A DNA stretch of 64,000 bases from Tubulanus polymorphus (taxonomy: Eukaryota; Animalia; Nemertea). Shown here piece by piece: positions 1-15,092 of the stretch. The notes beneath the pieces were generated by a model that saw only the letters and a list, made by a program, of their open reading frames with translations, was not told where the DNA came from and did no database searches. Position 1 is the first letter of the stretch; every line of letters begins with the position of its first letter. Location: the NCBI RefSeq assembly GCF_964204645.1, contig NC_134029.1:18532950-18596949 (forward strand), read 5' to 3'. The position numbers were made by a program, and so were the translations under genes.

Positions 1-3000
1 TCCGGGAATTATGAAGAATTGCAAGTTTCAATGCATGTGTCATCTTTGTCGTACGGGATTTAAACATCAGCATAGTAGTAACGTTATCGATATTCGAAGC
101 CCGACGAAACGAATCTCGAAATTGGTATGTAGTTTTGACGATTATATATGCATTGTTTTGGCATCGCGCCATGCGAACTCTTCCGTTTTTTTAAACAGCA
201 TGAATGAATGGAATAAGCCATAATTATTAGTGCATGTTGCGTTTGATACGAGTGAAACGTGATTCCGCATCGTGATTTCTAATCATTCGAATTTTTAATT
301 AACTAATAACGAGAATGTAGATATTTCGTTACGTGAGTTGAATATGCCGTCCTGCAGATATCGCTTGCTCGCTTCTGTAATTATTGTCTCATGTATTCTA
401 GATCGACGTGTACTGTACAAACGGTGTAGGTGTTTTATTATTTGCCACAAATTTGTGCGTAGAGGAAATGCCAGGGCTGGGCACATCGTACTGGAAGGTC
501 GAAGATACTTCTCTCTTACCTTGATTAGAAGTAAAAGGGATCCCATAACCCTGGCTAGACTGTGGGTTTTTTTTTTAAAAACCTACAGTCTAGACCGGAG
601 CACATTGTTGAATAATAATTGTTGTATACATTTTTCTAAACCATTCCATATAGCAATGAAAATGGTGCTTATTTCATCCATTTCTCTCACATCTTGAATG
701 AATCCATTTTTCAGGGGTTCATATTCTTCCACTCCCCCCCCCCCCCATCAGCGCTTTGCGCAAACTTATTTACCCGGCAGCAACCCAGATATTTGTTAGT
801 TATGAGATTAACGACCTCAGTACCTCAGTCCTTACGTCTCTTTTCCCTTCATTTGAAGTGGCTCTGGCTCTCAAAAGAACATCACAATGGATTTTGCATT
901 GTAAAAATTGTAATGATTGTAAAAACATCGTAAACATGCATGTTTTAGTTTGTATTTCTATAATCCGTGGCACAGTCCTTGATTATTGTAAGTTATCGCG
1001 TTGAAATTCTTTAAGAAATACTAACGATTAATTTTAGTATTTCTTACAGAATTTCAAACCCCTTGAAATTTTCTGGAAACACCCATATAACAAGACGGCT
1101 TAATTGCGTTTGTATGATTTTCGGCAAGTTATAAGTTTATCATAATTCAATTAAAATCAATTGTGATTGAAATAACGTCACCCATCACTCCCCATGGGGA
1201 GGGGAGGGAGTTGCGGTGGTGCCTTGATTTCTGATATGATTTACTTAAGTCATTTGTTTACGCATTGCGAAGTTCTACTCCGTCATAATTAACCTGACTT
1301 TTTATCACTCAAGCATTGCAATATCTAATAGAAAAAGCTGTTTAGATGAGATATGATATTTGATTAGCTTTTTGTTTTGTATGATATGTAATAATACGAC
1401 GGACGATTTTATTCCAAATATCCCAATATAGATGGCATCAAAAATGGCATGAAAAATGTGTATTCTAACTCCTCTCCCAATTCGTGTTTTCACTGGAATT
1501 TCAAAATGCAGATTCAAAACCTTGCTATAACCCATTACAGCACCGTGTTCCATTGTTCTGATTGGTATTGATTACCTTATTGGTGATTAACTAATTTATC
1601 TTATATTTGTAACGAAATATATCCAAATATGAAGAAACAAATATATTCAAGTGAAGTAGAAATATGATTAAAATGCGCTAATCTCATAACTTGAGTACAT
1701 GAAGGAAGAAAACTGGAATGACATGGTAGCAATTATTGACCAGAAAGACCTTTGTAGCTATATCTTGACGATCAGAGCCCAGTTCTTGATTATTTGATTT
1801 CTATCAGAGTTGAAATTGTCCCGTACGATTTAATCCTACAGCAAAATTTTTGGATCTGGAAAAATGGAACACGGTCCTGTTATTGCTTTATAGTCCCCCT
1901 GTGAGCTGAGCCACATTTTCAGATTTTAGTGAAAACACGAATTTTGAAATACCAATTTAGTTACCCGTTTATCAGGAGTTGAAGCCTGATATAGAAATCA
2001 TGATGAACTTTCCTCCATAAAACTTAATTGATTAATCCTGCTTAAAGTCCTGAAAGTAGAAGTGATACCTCGCATGTTTTATTAATGATATCGTTAAATT
2101 TTCACTATGCGCGGTGTTTCGACCGGCAGGTTAATATGTCCATCAAACATTCATTTTACATTCATCGCTTTCGTTTCTGTTGGAAATGAATTAGAAATAG
2201 GCAGATTACGATTACAATTCCGTATGAGTTTTATGCAGTTTAAGTGTTTTACAAATATTCTATGTTTTCCTAATCGATTGTTCTCACTTTGACATCGACA
2301 TGCACACCACTGTTATATACAGATATGTGTATAGATACTAACCGTACTGTTATTGCAGTTTAGAATATGTGCATTTTTTCATCACGAATTACTAAAGTCT
2401 TTTCGAGGCGAATGCGGAGTTGCTAACCAACTATCTCTTATTAGTCGCGATTACGCAACTTTTTTTAACCTGGGACAAATTTGGTCTGTGCTAGGTTAAG
2501 CCCGTTCACCAAATCATTGCTAAAATCCTTTGAACCTAAACATATATTTGTTTGGTATATACATTGGTTTTGATTAATTGAATTTGTTCATATTTAAAAA
2601 AACATTCGCATTGCTTCTAAATGCCTTCGTGCCTTGTTGACACTGACCAAATTTGGCCCTACCAAAGACGTCGGACCAGGCCCGTGCCAAATTTTAGCAC
2701 CATGGGTCAAAATATGCTATGTGAACTAACTGGTTTTGATGAGACTTGCCTCATTTGCCACGGCATAGTTTTAAAATCATTTTAGGAACGAGTAAGTGGT
2801 TTATTTTCGATGCTCTCTTTTAATGAAGCATTGGCCAAATTTGACCAATTTGTCCCGGCCAAAATTGTTTCCTTGTGATTGCGGCTTATATTGAAACATG
2901 ATTTTATGCCCATATTGTATACTGAAGAGTTTATTCTTCTTATTTGTATATAATTTCCCCGATGAACATTTCTTTTTCCTGATTGAGAACTTCACCTGTT

Positions 3001-3579
3001 GGTTGGCAACTTGGTTCGTCTATCGAAACTGGGTTTGAAAATATTCCCACGAAGAATATTCTATGTTTCGATTCACAAGAGCATGGAATTTTCAATGCTA
3101 GGTTGAGTTTCACAGAAATACGGTTTTATTCCATAATACATGCCATGACGGTCGGGTGGCAACCTTAGACATTCTTAAGGTATACCATCATTACTGGGTA
3201 TACAGAGAACATACGATTCCATATACAAAGTTAGAATTCATCGAGTTGAAAGTAAACTTATTTTGATTCATGAATTTTTGATTCTTTACTCTGACAATGA
3301 ACTGTCTAGATTTACAAAATAAATACATGTCAAGGTTGCACCGGTCTGGTGGCAACGTAAGACATTGTTGAGATATACCAACACTTCGGGTTCCCTGAGT
3401 TGAAATTAAACTTCAAGTTAAAATCAAGTTAAAATCTAACACAGAACTGTCGAACTGGGTCGTAGTAATAAGATTGTGTGTCATTAAGGAAATATGTGAA
3501 ACTGAGCCTAGTTTTTAGCTTAAACTTACTTATGATTCAAACTTTGATTAAAACTTTTTTTTTCAAATTATCTATATAG

Positions 3580-6500
3580 GAACAAGAGGAAGCTGACCGG
3601 TCTCACAGGCAGATCAAAGATGTCGAGGACAGTAAGTTATTACTGTTGAAGACTGGCGCAGCTCCTGATGTTGTTATAAGATCGACTGAACAGCATAAAA
3701 TCGAGTCCACTTATAACAGGTAATTATCACCGATATAAATTATACCGTTACGCGTTGCCATGCATGATTTCCAGCAATTACTCAAAAATATCCGATATTC
3801 AATTGTAGTTAGTTAGAAATCCATTGTCGGCTACTTTCAATTATATGATTTAATTCATGCCTGTTGAGCAAGGGATGTCGATCCGCGGTGTGTCGACGGG
3901 GAGTCGATAAATTAGAACTTGGAACATTCTCAAGATTCCTGGCAAATCCTTAGCCTATTACCTGGTACCGTATTATGTTACCTGTTATCATATTATTTAT
4001 AGAAAACTTTTTCTTTTTTTTCATTTTATAAGATGTTTCTATAAAAACCTCTTTGACGGTCTTTCTCACATGATACTGCCAAATGTGTTAAAAAGAACAA
4101 TAATACGCTGAGTCTACTTGGCTTTCAGTCAAGATTGTACATCATAGGCCTGTATGGCGATTCACCGGAATCTCTGCAGCAAATATCAACTGATAATTGA
4201 ATCATATGCATAAACCCTACTGTTTCACACGAGGTCACACAGGAACTAAAATTCTGATAACTGATACAGCCTTCGGCGGTCATACGTGTCAACTCTCGTT
4301 ATCGCTTCTGAACTTGTGACAATTTCTCAGCTCCGTCGGTATTTCATTTACATTCGACCTTATTCGGTATACACGCGGAGATGACCTGTCATTTTAAGTT
4401 GTTGATACCGAAGTGTTGATACTTACATAGTTTACCGATCAGGTTACGACAAGAATTCCATTCATTTTACGGAGATTACGAATTTATCGATCTGGCGCAT
4501 AATTGGTCGGATAATCAAATATATCAACGATATCAATGTCCTACATATTCTAATTTGTACGGTAAACATGTATGTTTGTTAGCATAACTTTGGGGACCAC
4601 GAATTCAGTGCGGAATATTTGCGTCAGAATTATGCTCGACCGGCTAGCATAAGGCAGAAAAATAAAAGTTATAAAATAATTCCCTATGTTTTACACTCTT
4701 ATATGGCTATGGAAGTTGTACCAAACTAAAAAGCTTGTCTCTAACCCGCAACGTTTTTTGGCTGTTCATTAACATGGCTGGATGCATAATGCATATACCA
4801 ACAATATTAACTTACATTTACGAAATATTGTATGCCCAGACATTATGTGAATGGTCTTTTGGCGCAAGTTTATGCTTTTCAGCCCATTTTCAGGCTCGGT
4901 TAATCTCTAGCGCGAAGAGACCACAGCTTAGCAATTTACACAAGTGTGTTAAGTGAACCTGAATGAATGAACGGAGGCAATATGATCATGAATGAACTAG
5001 GCTTATAATCACCCCATTGAAATAGTACTGTGTATTGCTTCGTGCATAAATAGTAGATTTCTATTGACTTGATTTTGACTTTGACTTGATTTCTGAAATC
5101 ATGGTCAAGTCTCGAACGAGCTCGAAAAATCAGCTTAGCATGTTTTTTTTCATCACAGTTGAACGATTGTTATTGATATGATAATTATTTCACCTTGACT
5201 CGATATAATACAACAAAGTAATTCTTTATAGAGTGTTTGACTCTGGAAATCCAGAGTGTGAACCCCTACATTACCGTGGTGTCCCTGAGCAAGACACTTA
5301 TCCTCATTGCCTGTCTTCACCCAGGATAAATGGGTACCTGACCTGATAAAATTACTCCTGAGCAGCTGACAGCTGCTCAGATGTTACTGCTCCCCATGGA
5401 GAGATTACTGATAAATGGTTAGAGTTATAGGCTGGGGGTAATGATATCATTGTAATGGAAAGTGGACATTGTATCACAGTGAAAAGGGCGCAGACTGCAT
5501 CAAACTCAACTAACTCAAAGTTACAAAGATGAAATTGCGTGAAAATTGCAAGTGTAAATTCTCTATATACTGGTGACATTGGTAAAAATACGGTTATAGT
5601 ACCTGGAAGTATGAATATTGCAAATGCGAGTGAAACTGTTACGAGCATTATTGTCGTGCGTTTTTATTTTGTAAATTTCTGGTCAGACAAAACCACTTTT
5701 GAACCTCTGAATAACTGAACTATTATAACAGAATTTGATAGAATAATCAAAGAAAAAGGTAGAAAGTTATCGTAAATGACAATTATGGAGGAAAATGGTT
5801 TGATATATTATTTATATTTGGTTTGATAATTTCTAGTAACATCCAAAATACTGGTCGGTGAAATGCATCAACAAAGCAGGTGTGAGATATAGAGCCATAG
5901 CATTCACAGTGATAATTGTCGATATAATAAATCTAGCGAATCTCGGTGCGCATATCAAACGAGAAGTGATCGGGAAGAGCACGACTGCCGCACGTTCTAG
6001 AGATATCGCTACTATCAACCACGAACTATTGCTGTTTACGAGTACCACCATTAATTCATAGATTTGACAACTGATCGGTGAATTCAACTGGACCGTCTTT
6101 AAAACGGAGGAGAACAAACTGTAAAACAGGCATCAGCTTAAAATTGATGCAGTATGTAAAATCACTGAGAGACAAAACAATAAGATAGTTAGCGTAGGAA
6201 TCTGCGGAATCTGCGACTTATCGACTCGATAAGCCGCACAGATTTTAAAACATTCAGCACCGCAGCTTCAGTACTGAGACTCGGTTTTATTAGCCTCGGT
6301 TTTATTAGCCAGTCTTAACTTGTGGTTAATTCAACTATAAGTCTTTTGAGTCAAGATTTTTAAAAACAATTAAAACCGGTTTACGATTACAGAACACGGG
6401 CTACAATTGCTCAAAAGTTGGTTAAAGATAACCATTGGTTGAATTTCATGGTAACAGTGGACTTTTAATTGTCACTATATCAATTATCGAAGGGTTAACT

Positions 6501-9500
6501 CTAACCAACTTTTTTTGGGCAACTGACACCAGGACTTCAGTCCTGATTCCCTAAGTTGATTTCATTTTCAACGTATTCAAGATTCGAATGTAGAAAACCA
6601 TTGATTTGGAACTGACTCGATCAGAGTTCCTCGCCTTGAATGTATTAAGTATTAATCATCGTCTTAAGAATGTTGACGAATATCGAGAAACGACTGAATG
6701 AAATTCCAGTGTCATATTTACTGTTTACCCAGCAGGGTCAGGTGTTTAGGTCAACAACCACTTTAAATTTCTCCCGCCGAGAATATAAGCTCAATCCAAA
6801 TTCCATTGTGAATGGATGTGCGTTTAAAAAATGACATCTTTTGTGGTAATTGGCGACCGGCATAGAGCATTTCTCGTCAACAAAAGAGGATCGAATTTTG
6901 CCCGAAAATATAGGTTTACATGATAATTTCTTGTTTTTATAGGATGTGTTGTATACACTGGATTTATAGGTAAAATTTGAATTTCTAAAGTTGAGAATAT
7001 CTTTTTTTCTATGGCAGAAAACAAGATGACGAGGACGCACAACTTGAATATCCGCGAGATGAGGATGAGAAAAAACGTCAGCTTGACTATGAACGACGTC
7101 GGCGGATAGATGAACAAAAACGCAAACTAGAAATTGTAAGTTTAAGTTTTTGATTTTAACGGGTACGTGAGAGTGGATTTTCTACCACTGCAGCACATAC
7201 TCCTCTGATTTTGATTATTTCTGCTGTTGCTCTTAGAGTACCGTCATAATTTTCTTTTGAAAAATAAAAACTGCGAATTCTTGTTGTATAAAACAGGGTG
7301 TTTATGGGTTTTAGAAAGTTTAGGAAAATGGCAATTTTTTCATGACCCTGGAAAAGCTATGTAAATTTTGTTTTATTCTCTGTGGCTATGTAAAATCTGA
7401 AAATGGTCTCAAAAAAGAATTTTCTTTCAATTTTGAATTATGGGCTGTATGCCTAATTGTCTTACTAACAATTTTGATGGTAAGAGGGAGTTGTCACTTT
7501 ACAGCAACAAATTGCACATAGCGACTACTCATTTGACAAATATCTTTATGAAAACAATTGGTCAATGCATAAAACAAATGGTTAATGGTAATGATAGTTG
7601 TAACCAATTTACTTAGAATGGGAATCTATATGGGGATGTGTAACTTAGGGTCTATGGAAAATCTATAATCTGGGTACGGAAAATGAAATTGGTTAACCTG
7701 TAGTCAGGAAAACGCATTTCTACACAATATGTACTGGTAATTGTCATACGATATCTGGGGAAGGAGTTTTTGCTAAGTATAAAAAGTGGAGTGATAAGGT
7801 GAAGGGGCTTTTTTTGTGATACGACTTAATTACCTTGTACTGTAAATAGCTGTTGATATTGATCAAAACGAATTTGAAAAATGAATGCGGTTTTTATAGG
7901 ATATTGCTGAGACGAAGCAAAAGATGGCGGATGACAGGCGATCGAGAGATCGAAAAAATCGCCAGCTGTCCGAAGATCAACAACGTCAAGTGTGGATCGA
8001 AGAACAGGAAATCGAACAAGAGGAACGCGAGTTGGAATTGTTGCGTCGTGAAGAGGAACGCAAACTGAAAGAATGGGAGGAGAGGATGAAGCGTGATGCG
8101 GAGCAGAGGAAGAACGAACCGCGTCGGGATATTCATTACCAGGATCGACGAACAGCGCAAGAACCTAGGAACAATGATGGCCGAGGAGGATATTATCAAG
8201 ATCACGGAAATGGCAGAACGCAACCAGAATCTGTAATTCTAAGTAAGTTTCAATACAATCCAAATGGTAAAGTGTTGAAAATAGTCGTTTCATTAGTAAT
8301 TACAGCAGGTTTATTGCCTGATTTTTTGTAAAATGTTTTTTTCTTCTTGAAATAGATGTTTAATGTTAAATGAAAAAATTACAAAAGGTTTTCATGGCTT
8401 AGGGCATTTTTATTTAAGCAACTTGCGTACTTCACCGTCAAATTTAACCAACTCGCCATACTTGAGTATCCAACTCACCATACTCAAGTACCCAACTCAG
8501 CTCATTTATTTGGATGAGTTACCAATGCGAGTAACTCCTTTCGCATTTCAAGATGGTGCCTGTGTCTAGTGCATTCGTTGACAGATCAAAAAACAAAATG
8601 GCGGCTTTTTCAATTGCAGAAAATTCAGGTTGCGGTTCGGCCGTCGATTTGTACCACGTGATCATACGTGGATGTCAAATGCGAGTTTTTTAAATAAAAA
8701 CGCCTTTAGTTTAGATTTTTGTTATTGATTTTCTCATTGCTTTGAAATTATATCGTAGTTTTGATTCGTTGTAGGAACGTCCAGGAACGGCCCGAGCTAT
8801 TCCATGCCGACGAAAACTCGTCCGGATTCGGTGCCGAATCATGCTCAAGTATCGCGACAACCTGTTCCCAATCACCCACAACATCGGCGACCAGAATCGC
8901 TCCCTGTTCACTATCAACTCGTACGCGAATCAAACTCGCCGAACTTATCTGGTAAAAATAACTATCACGACACTAAAAAACCTTTAGTCAGTCCGAAAGG
9001 TATCATGAAACAATCTAGTAGTCCGCCGCGAAGTCCTTTAGTCAGCCGAAGAATGGACTCTCCGGGCAAAGAGCTCGTAGACGGCGTACTCAATAGTCCT
9101 CAGTTTGCCAAACGTGGTCACACTAGTCCTAACATGCGAAGTAAAAGCGCCGAACGCTTGAATAGTAAACCGTTCATTGAGAACAGCTTACAAAAACAAC
9201 AGCAGCAGCAGCAGCAGTATAGACCAGGATTTAACAACAGTCGTTCGATGCATAACTTACGCGTCGATTCGCCGTCGTCTCAAACACGCTACGATAACTC
9301 GAAAACACCGCACGGGGAAGCGATGCATCGCGAGATACAGAATCCGCAGCAGCATTGGCTGTTCGAAGAGGCCGAACGACGACGCATCGACGAACAGAGA
9401 TATAAAGAGCAACAATTGAAATACGCACAACAGCAGCAACAGCCAACTCATAGAAACGAGTCTCGAAATCATCCTCGAAACGCTAGAAACGACTCGCGTC

Positions 9501-10755
9501 GGTACGACGAAAGGTTATCACCAAATAAAGATCCCAGTTTAAGAAATCATTCGCCTAATAAAGATTTAGGATATCGTCCCGCTCACATGGAACAATCGAC
9601 GAAACCAGTGAATACGGTAAAAGAATACGACATGCCTCCGAAGAAACCTGTGCACTATTCCGGTCCAATTCCTGATGCTATAAAACAGACGCTTTTGCAG
9701 AGAGTTAGTTCGCCAAAATCTCCTAATCCTCCGGACTATGCGGATTATTCGCAATATCCGCAATATTCAGCCGGTTACAGTCCAAAACCTCAGCACAATC
9801 CTAGTTATTCTCAGCCGGGACAGTACAATCCTAGTTACAACACACATCCCGGTCCGAAATCATATCAAAACGTACCGCATTCCGTAGACGGGCTTGTTCG
9901 GATGTCGTCGCCGCATGTGGCTAATCGTAGTTCACCGTATAGCGGAAATAGTGCTGCCGATTTAAGAGGTTCTGCTAAAGGACCACCTAAACCACCACGA
10001 AATGTACCAGGCGGCGCCGAGGTAGAGCAAGTACTCGCTGTTAGTGGTCAACATCGATGCTGTCACTGTAACCAAGAATTAGGTAAGTGGTTTTTGCTAA
10101 AAGCTTTTCTAACTCCATACTCTAATCGAGAGAATTAGTTCTACGTAGCTTGTGGATTTGATAACGGCACTTGTTTTGAACGTTGAAAGTTGTGGCATGT
10201 GAACAGTTAAATTGTTCTGAAAATGGACGCAAAACTTGCGCACTACTTCCAATTTCTATATGTTCCATGACTGAATATTTCTTTGTGACAAGACTGATTC
10301 CAACTATCTTAAAAATCTTTTCATTTTTTTAATCTTAAGTAGTAGGCTATAGCCATGCTCGGACATGGTAAATAGATGGGTAAACAAATTTCAAATTTTA
10401 AAACCAAGATTCATTAAAGATGAAAATTAGTAAAAAATAAGAAAGCCCTGTAATTAAAATAGTACAAAGTTTTGGGCTCCAACCAGAGACCATCGTCAGG
10501 CTTGTGTAAACCTTGTGTTTTTAAACCAGATGATGTACCGGTACGTGCATGTTATATCTTTCAGGACACGGAGCAGCAATGGTTATTGAGTCTCTACAGT
10601 TGTATTATCACATGCAGTGTTTTCGATGCGTAGTGTGTCATACTCCGCTAAGCTATGGACACAACGGGGCAGACGTACGTGTTCGCGCGTCGCGGTTGCA
10701 TTGCGTAAACTGTTACAGCAACGATGAAGGTATCGAATTTATGGGAACATTCTAA
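3580..10755 (+). CDS. LMO7: LMO7/LIMCH1-like protein with C-terminal LIM domain (5'-partial; upstream exons lie outside the window or were not found)
   Basis: Phase-compatible GT-AG exons 3580-3719, 7018-7135, 7900-8242, 8775-10082, 10565-10755. A charged coiled-coil region and a Q/P/S-rich region precede VSGQHRCCHCNQELGHGAAMVIESLQLYYHMQCFRCVVCHTPLSYGHNGADVRVRASRLHCVNCYS, which matches the LMO7/LIMCH1 terminal LIM domain (LGKGAAMIIESL...GAEVRIR). Confidence 0.88.
5230..5500 (+). mobile_element. SINE fragment with CORE-like central domain
   Basis: GTGGTGTCCCTGAGCAAGACACTTATCCTCATTGCC...CACCCAGGATAAATGGGTACCTG resembles conserved central domains of tRNA-derived SINEs. It abuts the truncated end of the GPCR pseudogene. 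The exact superfamily is uncertain. Confidence 0.6.
5515..6240 (-). pseudogene. Intronless rhodopsin-class (peptide-receptor-like) GPCR pseudogene nested antisense in an LMO7 intron
   Basis: TM2-like YLIVLSLSDF, TM3 CQIY...SSWLIVAISLERAAVVLFP (DRY-equivalent ERA), TM4, TM5 IVIYDNFLPFSLIILSNSVIIVQLF and TM6 RTTIMLVTVSLAFAIFILPG occur in order but are split over frames with in-frame stops (e.g. TAG 5835-5833). TM7 is truncated. Confidence 0.8.
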
Positions 10756-13700
10756 CCACCAATGTGTGTGTGTGTGTGTCTTTGACTTCTCACTATGGCC
10801 TCAGGTATTATCAGTTAGACTAACCAGCTTTTATTTGGTCGACGCATGACTCTTTAAAGGACACAACAGCATTTAAACTTCATATTCAAAGAATGTGTTA
10901 TAATTATTGCAAGTTGAATGTGGAAATTGGCACATATCTTAACTGTGTTAGAATGCATATGTATTTGATATTCATTCTTAATTGCTGATTTTCTTGCATA
11001 ATTCAAATATACAGACAATCAGCACTTAAGGTGGCACAAAGTAAGTTTTCTTTGAATACCATGGTAATATGAAACCTTTCACTATTACCATGGTCAACAT
11101 TGAACATACTTTGAGTAACTGACCCAGATTTACATCAGTACTGCCTTGAAATACTTCAAAATTACTTCACTATTTCACCGCACTTAATTTCCTATCCAGT
11201 TGTTTGATTTGTTATACACTTATAATGATTTCGATAAATACGCAAGTATTATATGTAAATTTATTCATGATTACTACACCACATTAATACATATATACAG
11301 TGGTTTGAAATAAACGAGTCATGCGCCTTTCAAAACCACTTCGGCTCAAAAGCAAACCCCTCCTTTCCGACCAAAGGTAAATTCTCTTTAAAACATGCTA
11401 ATCTGATCATCTGTCACCTACTAGCCATCTGCACTAATACATCGTTATACCTGTAGACATTTAGTTGTTATAATTAAATATTTCCCTGCTTATATTATCA
11501 TGAATGCATAAAGCTTCGTAAATAATATCATCATCAATGCAGATATGTGAAATAATTGATTTCTTCTAAATCTAAAGCTAGGACATCTACTGTGTCTACT
11601 TGCTGATATGATCGATTAGATAATTTCTTTGGGTAGTGTCTTAGGGGATGTTTTGAACATCAGCCACGATGACATGAGCATTTTTGACCCGGGCCAATGT
11701 TGGCCCGACCAAAAATGTGGGACATGGCCAGAGCCAAATTTTAGCACGAGATAAATGATTGCGTTTAAATTGCAACTGGTACCAGAAATGACCCACTTCG
11801 CTTTGTTTAAGCATTGTTTAGTATCAAGTGAGTTGTTTGCGTGTGAGCAAGCTCTCTTATTAGGCATGGGCCAAATTTGGCTCGAGCCTGATCCTTGCCA
11901 ATTTGGCCCGGACCAAATCGTCTCTGTGTGATCGCGGCTATCATATCCTCCTTGGAAAATTTTTAGGCATGCTATTTGTACTGTTATTATATGTAATGAT
12001 CAATCTTCTGCCTGGCCAACCCTCCTTCCAATTTTCAATCGCCCGGACACCAATCATCCCATGTATTCAGGACTTCACCTCAGAAATTATACTTGCGATT
12101 GGACTATAAACGTCAGACTTCCACACTTTGAAAGAGTGATCACAATAATGGGTTCCAGGCTGCAGATTGAACATTTGAATACACTCTTAGCTTTAAATAA
12201 TCTCTCACAGTACCTTCCAATCATTGTAATTATATTGACAATGAATTAATAACCATTTAATTAAGTAGTGAAATTCTAGAATCTGAGAATAACTGTTTCA
12301 TGCAAACCATTTTGTTTCAGGAATTAAATACAGCAAAGTGTGACTGACATTTCAAACTTAATTCATTGATCTTCAAAAAAATGTGGAAAATGAAGATCAT
12401 CCCATCCGCTGGGGCTGGAAAGTTGTTCCGTTAAAATCTAATCTATGAAGGAAGACCTAACTGTTTGCTACCTCGTTGGTGTAAAATGTTGTGCTAAGTG
12501 ATTGCTAACTCATAACAATAAGTAACCTGCAGCATCGTGTAAATTTACTTAGGTATAAACAAGCATAATATATTTGAAATATCTTTTGTGAAAAAATTTA
12601 ATTTCAATGTAAATATCTTTTCACTCTGTGAATATAGCTATAAGGGGTCATTCTTTGGAGGGGCCATTTGTAAAGTAATTACGCGACATGGAGGAGGTTG
12701 GTAAAAAAATTGGTCACTTTTCCTTAAGTACATGATGCGTGATGTAACGTTCATGGGGGAAGGTGTTGAAATCAGCAAAATTGTGCATATATGAATGGCT
12801 CCTCTGAAATCACATACGAAGATAAGGGATTGGCAATTTGCTTGACCCCTAAGAGATATAGGATAAATATGACATTGTAGAACTTCATATAGAATTTGTA
12901 AATATATTTAGAATATGACTTTGAAAAATCTTGGCAAGAGCAGTAAAGCTTACTTCGACTTGAATCTTTCTCGACGAATTCTTTTGTCTGAATCCATAAA
13001 ATACAAAGTTGTACGATGAACATGTAAACTGCATTCCGAGATGGTAGAATTCAAATTAAGTAGGCTTTACTTTTAGGCTATTACGCTAAACAGTATATTG
13101 GTGGTCACAGTTTTATTCAATGAAACATTTTGGTGGATTTTGTTCTTTTTTATGCATTGTCATGTAAGACACAGATGCGCAGCTGTATCGATTGTGGTAT
13201 CGATGATAATACGTGTCATTTTGAACATTGAATCACCTGTTTGCTGCAGATACATCTGCATAGCTGATACAGGCCTATGTTTTCCTGTACATAAATGTAA
13301 ATATTCCTGATGAAATTTAGATGCTACACTCGTAATAAAAAGAGAAAACCATCATCATCAGTTCCACAGTTGACGACCTGTATTCTCCATTTTACTGGTG
13401 AAATATCTTGATAAGCATAACTATTTCACTCTGATAAAAATGATGAACAGCCTAGTAATCAATTCAACATATCATGGTTTAGATTTGTGACATCAGAGTT
13501 CCAATAGTCTTGTCAAGAATTAAGTCCCTTTTACCCTCAACTGTGTCACATCTGTGGAACAACCTATTTTATAGGCGAGTTTTAACCTTCGGGTTACCTC
13601 AATTGAAAGAAGTTTAATCTGGCCTTTGATGTTGTGAGTGTTTTAACTCTTTGAGTTCAAATAAGCTCATTCAAATATTTTAACTCAATCTTACAGTCAA

Positions 13701-15092
13701 ACTTAAAACTGCATTACTGGGGCCAGGGCACAAATTCAAACACGGATATTTTCGTGCATATCTAGATGAAGTAAACATATCTTTTATGGTACAATGTTAA
13801 GACATACATAGCTCAATAATGAATTGTTTTATGGTGGACTGTTATACGTTGCTGTTTGGTATTCTTTTGAGTACAGTTATATATATATATATGATTATAC
13901 TATTATTCTATAAATCAAGTCTTAATCCGGCCGACACAACATTTACGCAAAAAATCCATCCTTTATCAAGTAATTGTCACTTACAATTATGTTTTATATA
14001 GTATAGGAAGAATTCCATTGTTGACAATTAGTACAGAATGCTTTTAGTGATAAATCCGATTAATGTTTTATGAAATTATGTTTTTATGATTTTTGAGTGA
14101 TCCCACAACTCTTCAAATTTGTGTTGTATGGGAAACCGGGTTTAAAGCGGATCAGTTGAGACTGACGATTTGTCTGTGGTGTGTGAAAGATCCCAATGAA
14201 AACATTGTATTCTAATATACATTAATGTATTGATGGATTGGAAATAATGTCCGAAAAATATCAAAATCCACCGAATAAACTAATCCAGATTAAAAAGGGT
14301 TTACTCTTAAAGATTAATTACTTTTGCCCGGTGTGTATTAAAAATTAGATGCATATTTATATTTTCGGAAGTACTGGTATCTATAAAAATCATTGTTCAC
14401 AATTTAAAGGTTAAATGAAATTCATCTTGATGCGTCATCTGTCCAAATAATTCCCTCCCAAATAAATGCAAGCACCTTCTCTTACAAATGGAGCAGAGTA
14501 TTTGCCCGTGTGCAATTGATAAATTATAGGCTTATATTTTGTAATATTGTATATGACGTAAATAAACTTATTGAAGTACTTTACATTCATATCTTCTTTC
14601 ATTGATTCAATTATTGATAAGGATTTATGAAGATGAGGGAAGAATTGCAAAATAAAGCCGAAACACATGGTGCTCCTTATCAAGGACGGGCAACCAAAAC
14701 TTTTGGAATTTCAATTGGAAAATGGACTTGAAACACTGTCGCCATGTTTTCACTTCGCAAATGAGCACTCAATTTGCTATTTTTCTGACAGAAATGTTGC
14801 AACTTTCTGTTAGTCTTTCTGGACTGTTAGACTCGAACTATTCATGATTGGCTTTTTGAAAGGACAATTATTCATGGGCTGTGCATACATCTTCATGTCT
14901 GAATGAACAATTTGACTGGGTCATTTCCACTCTAAAATTCAGTATGTTTTCAGACAAGGTCAAGTGCTAATTTGATGAATAGGGCATCGGATATGATATA
15001 ATATAATTTTATTGAATTGAATTGCCTATGATTGAAAATCTTCCTTCTTCGACATGGTACATATTGGAAATTCAATTCAATTCATTAATGGA

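Noticed and set aside
6943-6969. 27-nt AG...GT micro-exon in LMO7 (MCCIHWIY)
   Set aside because: It preserves the frame but leaves only a 48-nt downstream intron and encodes an implausible peptide.
7894-8223. Hydrophobic minus-strand ORF
   Set aside because: It is the antisense shadow of the E/R/K-rich LMO7 exon.
8545-8665. YY1-like and E-box motifs as an internal LMO7 promoter before ATG 8804
   Set aside because: These short motifs are common in repeats, and there is no independent support for a TSS.
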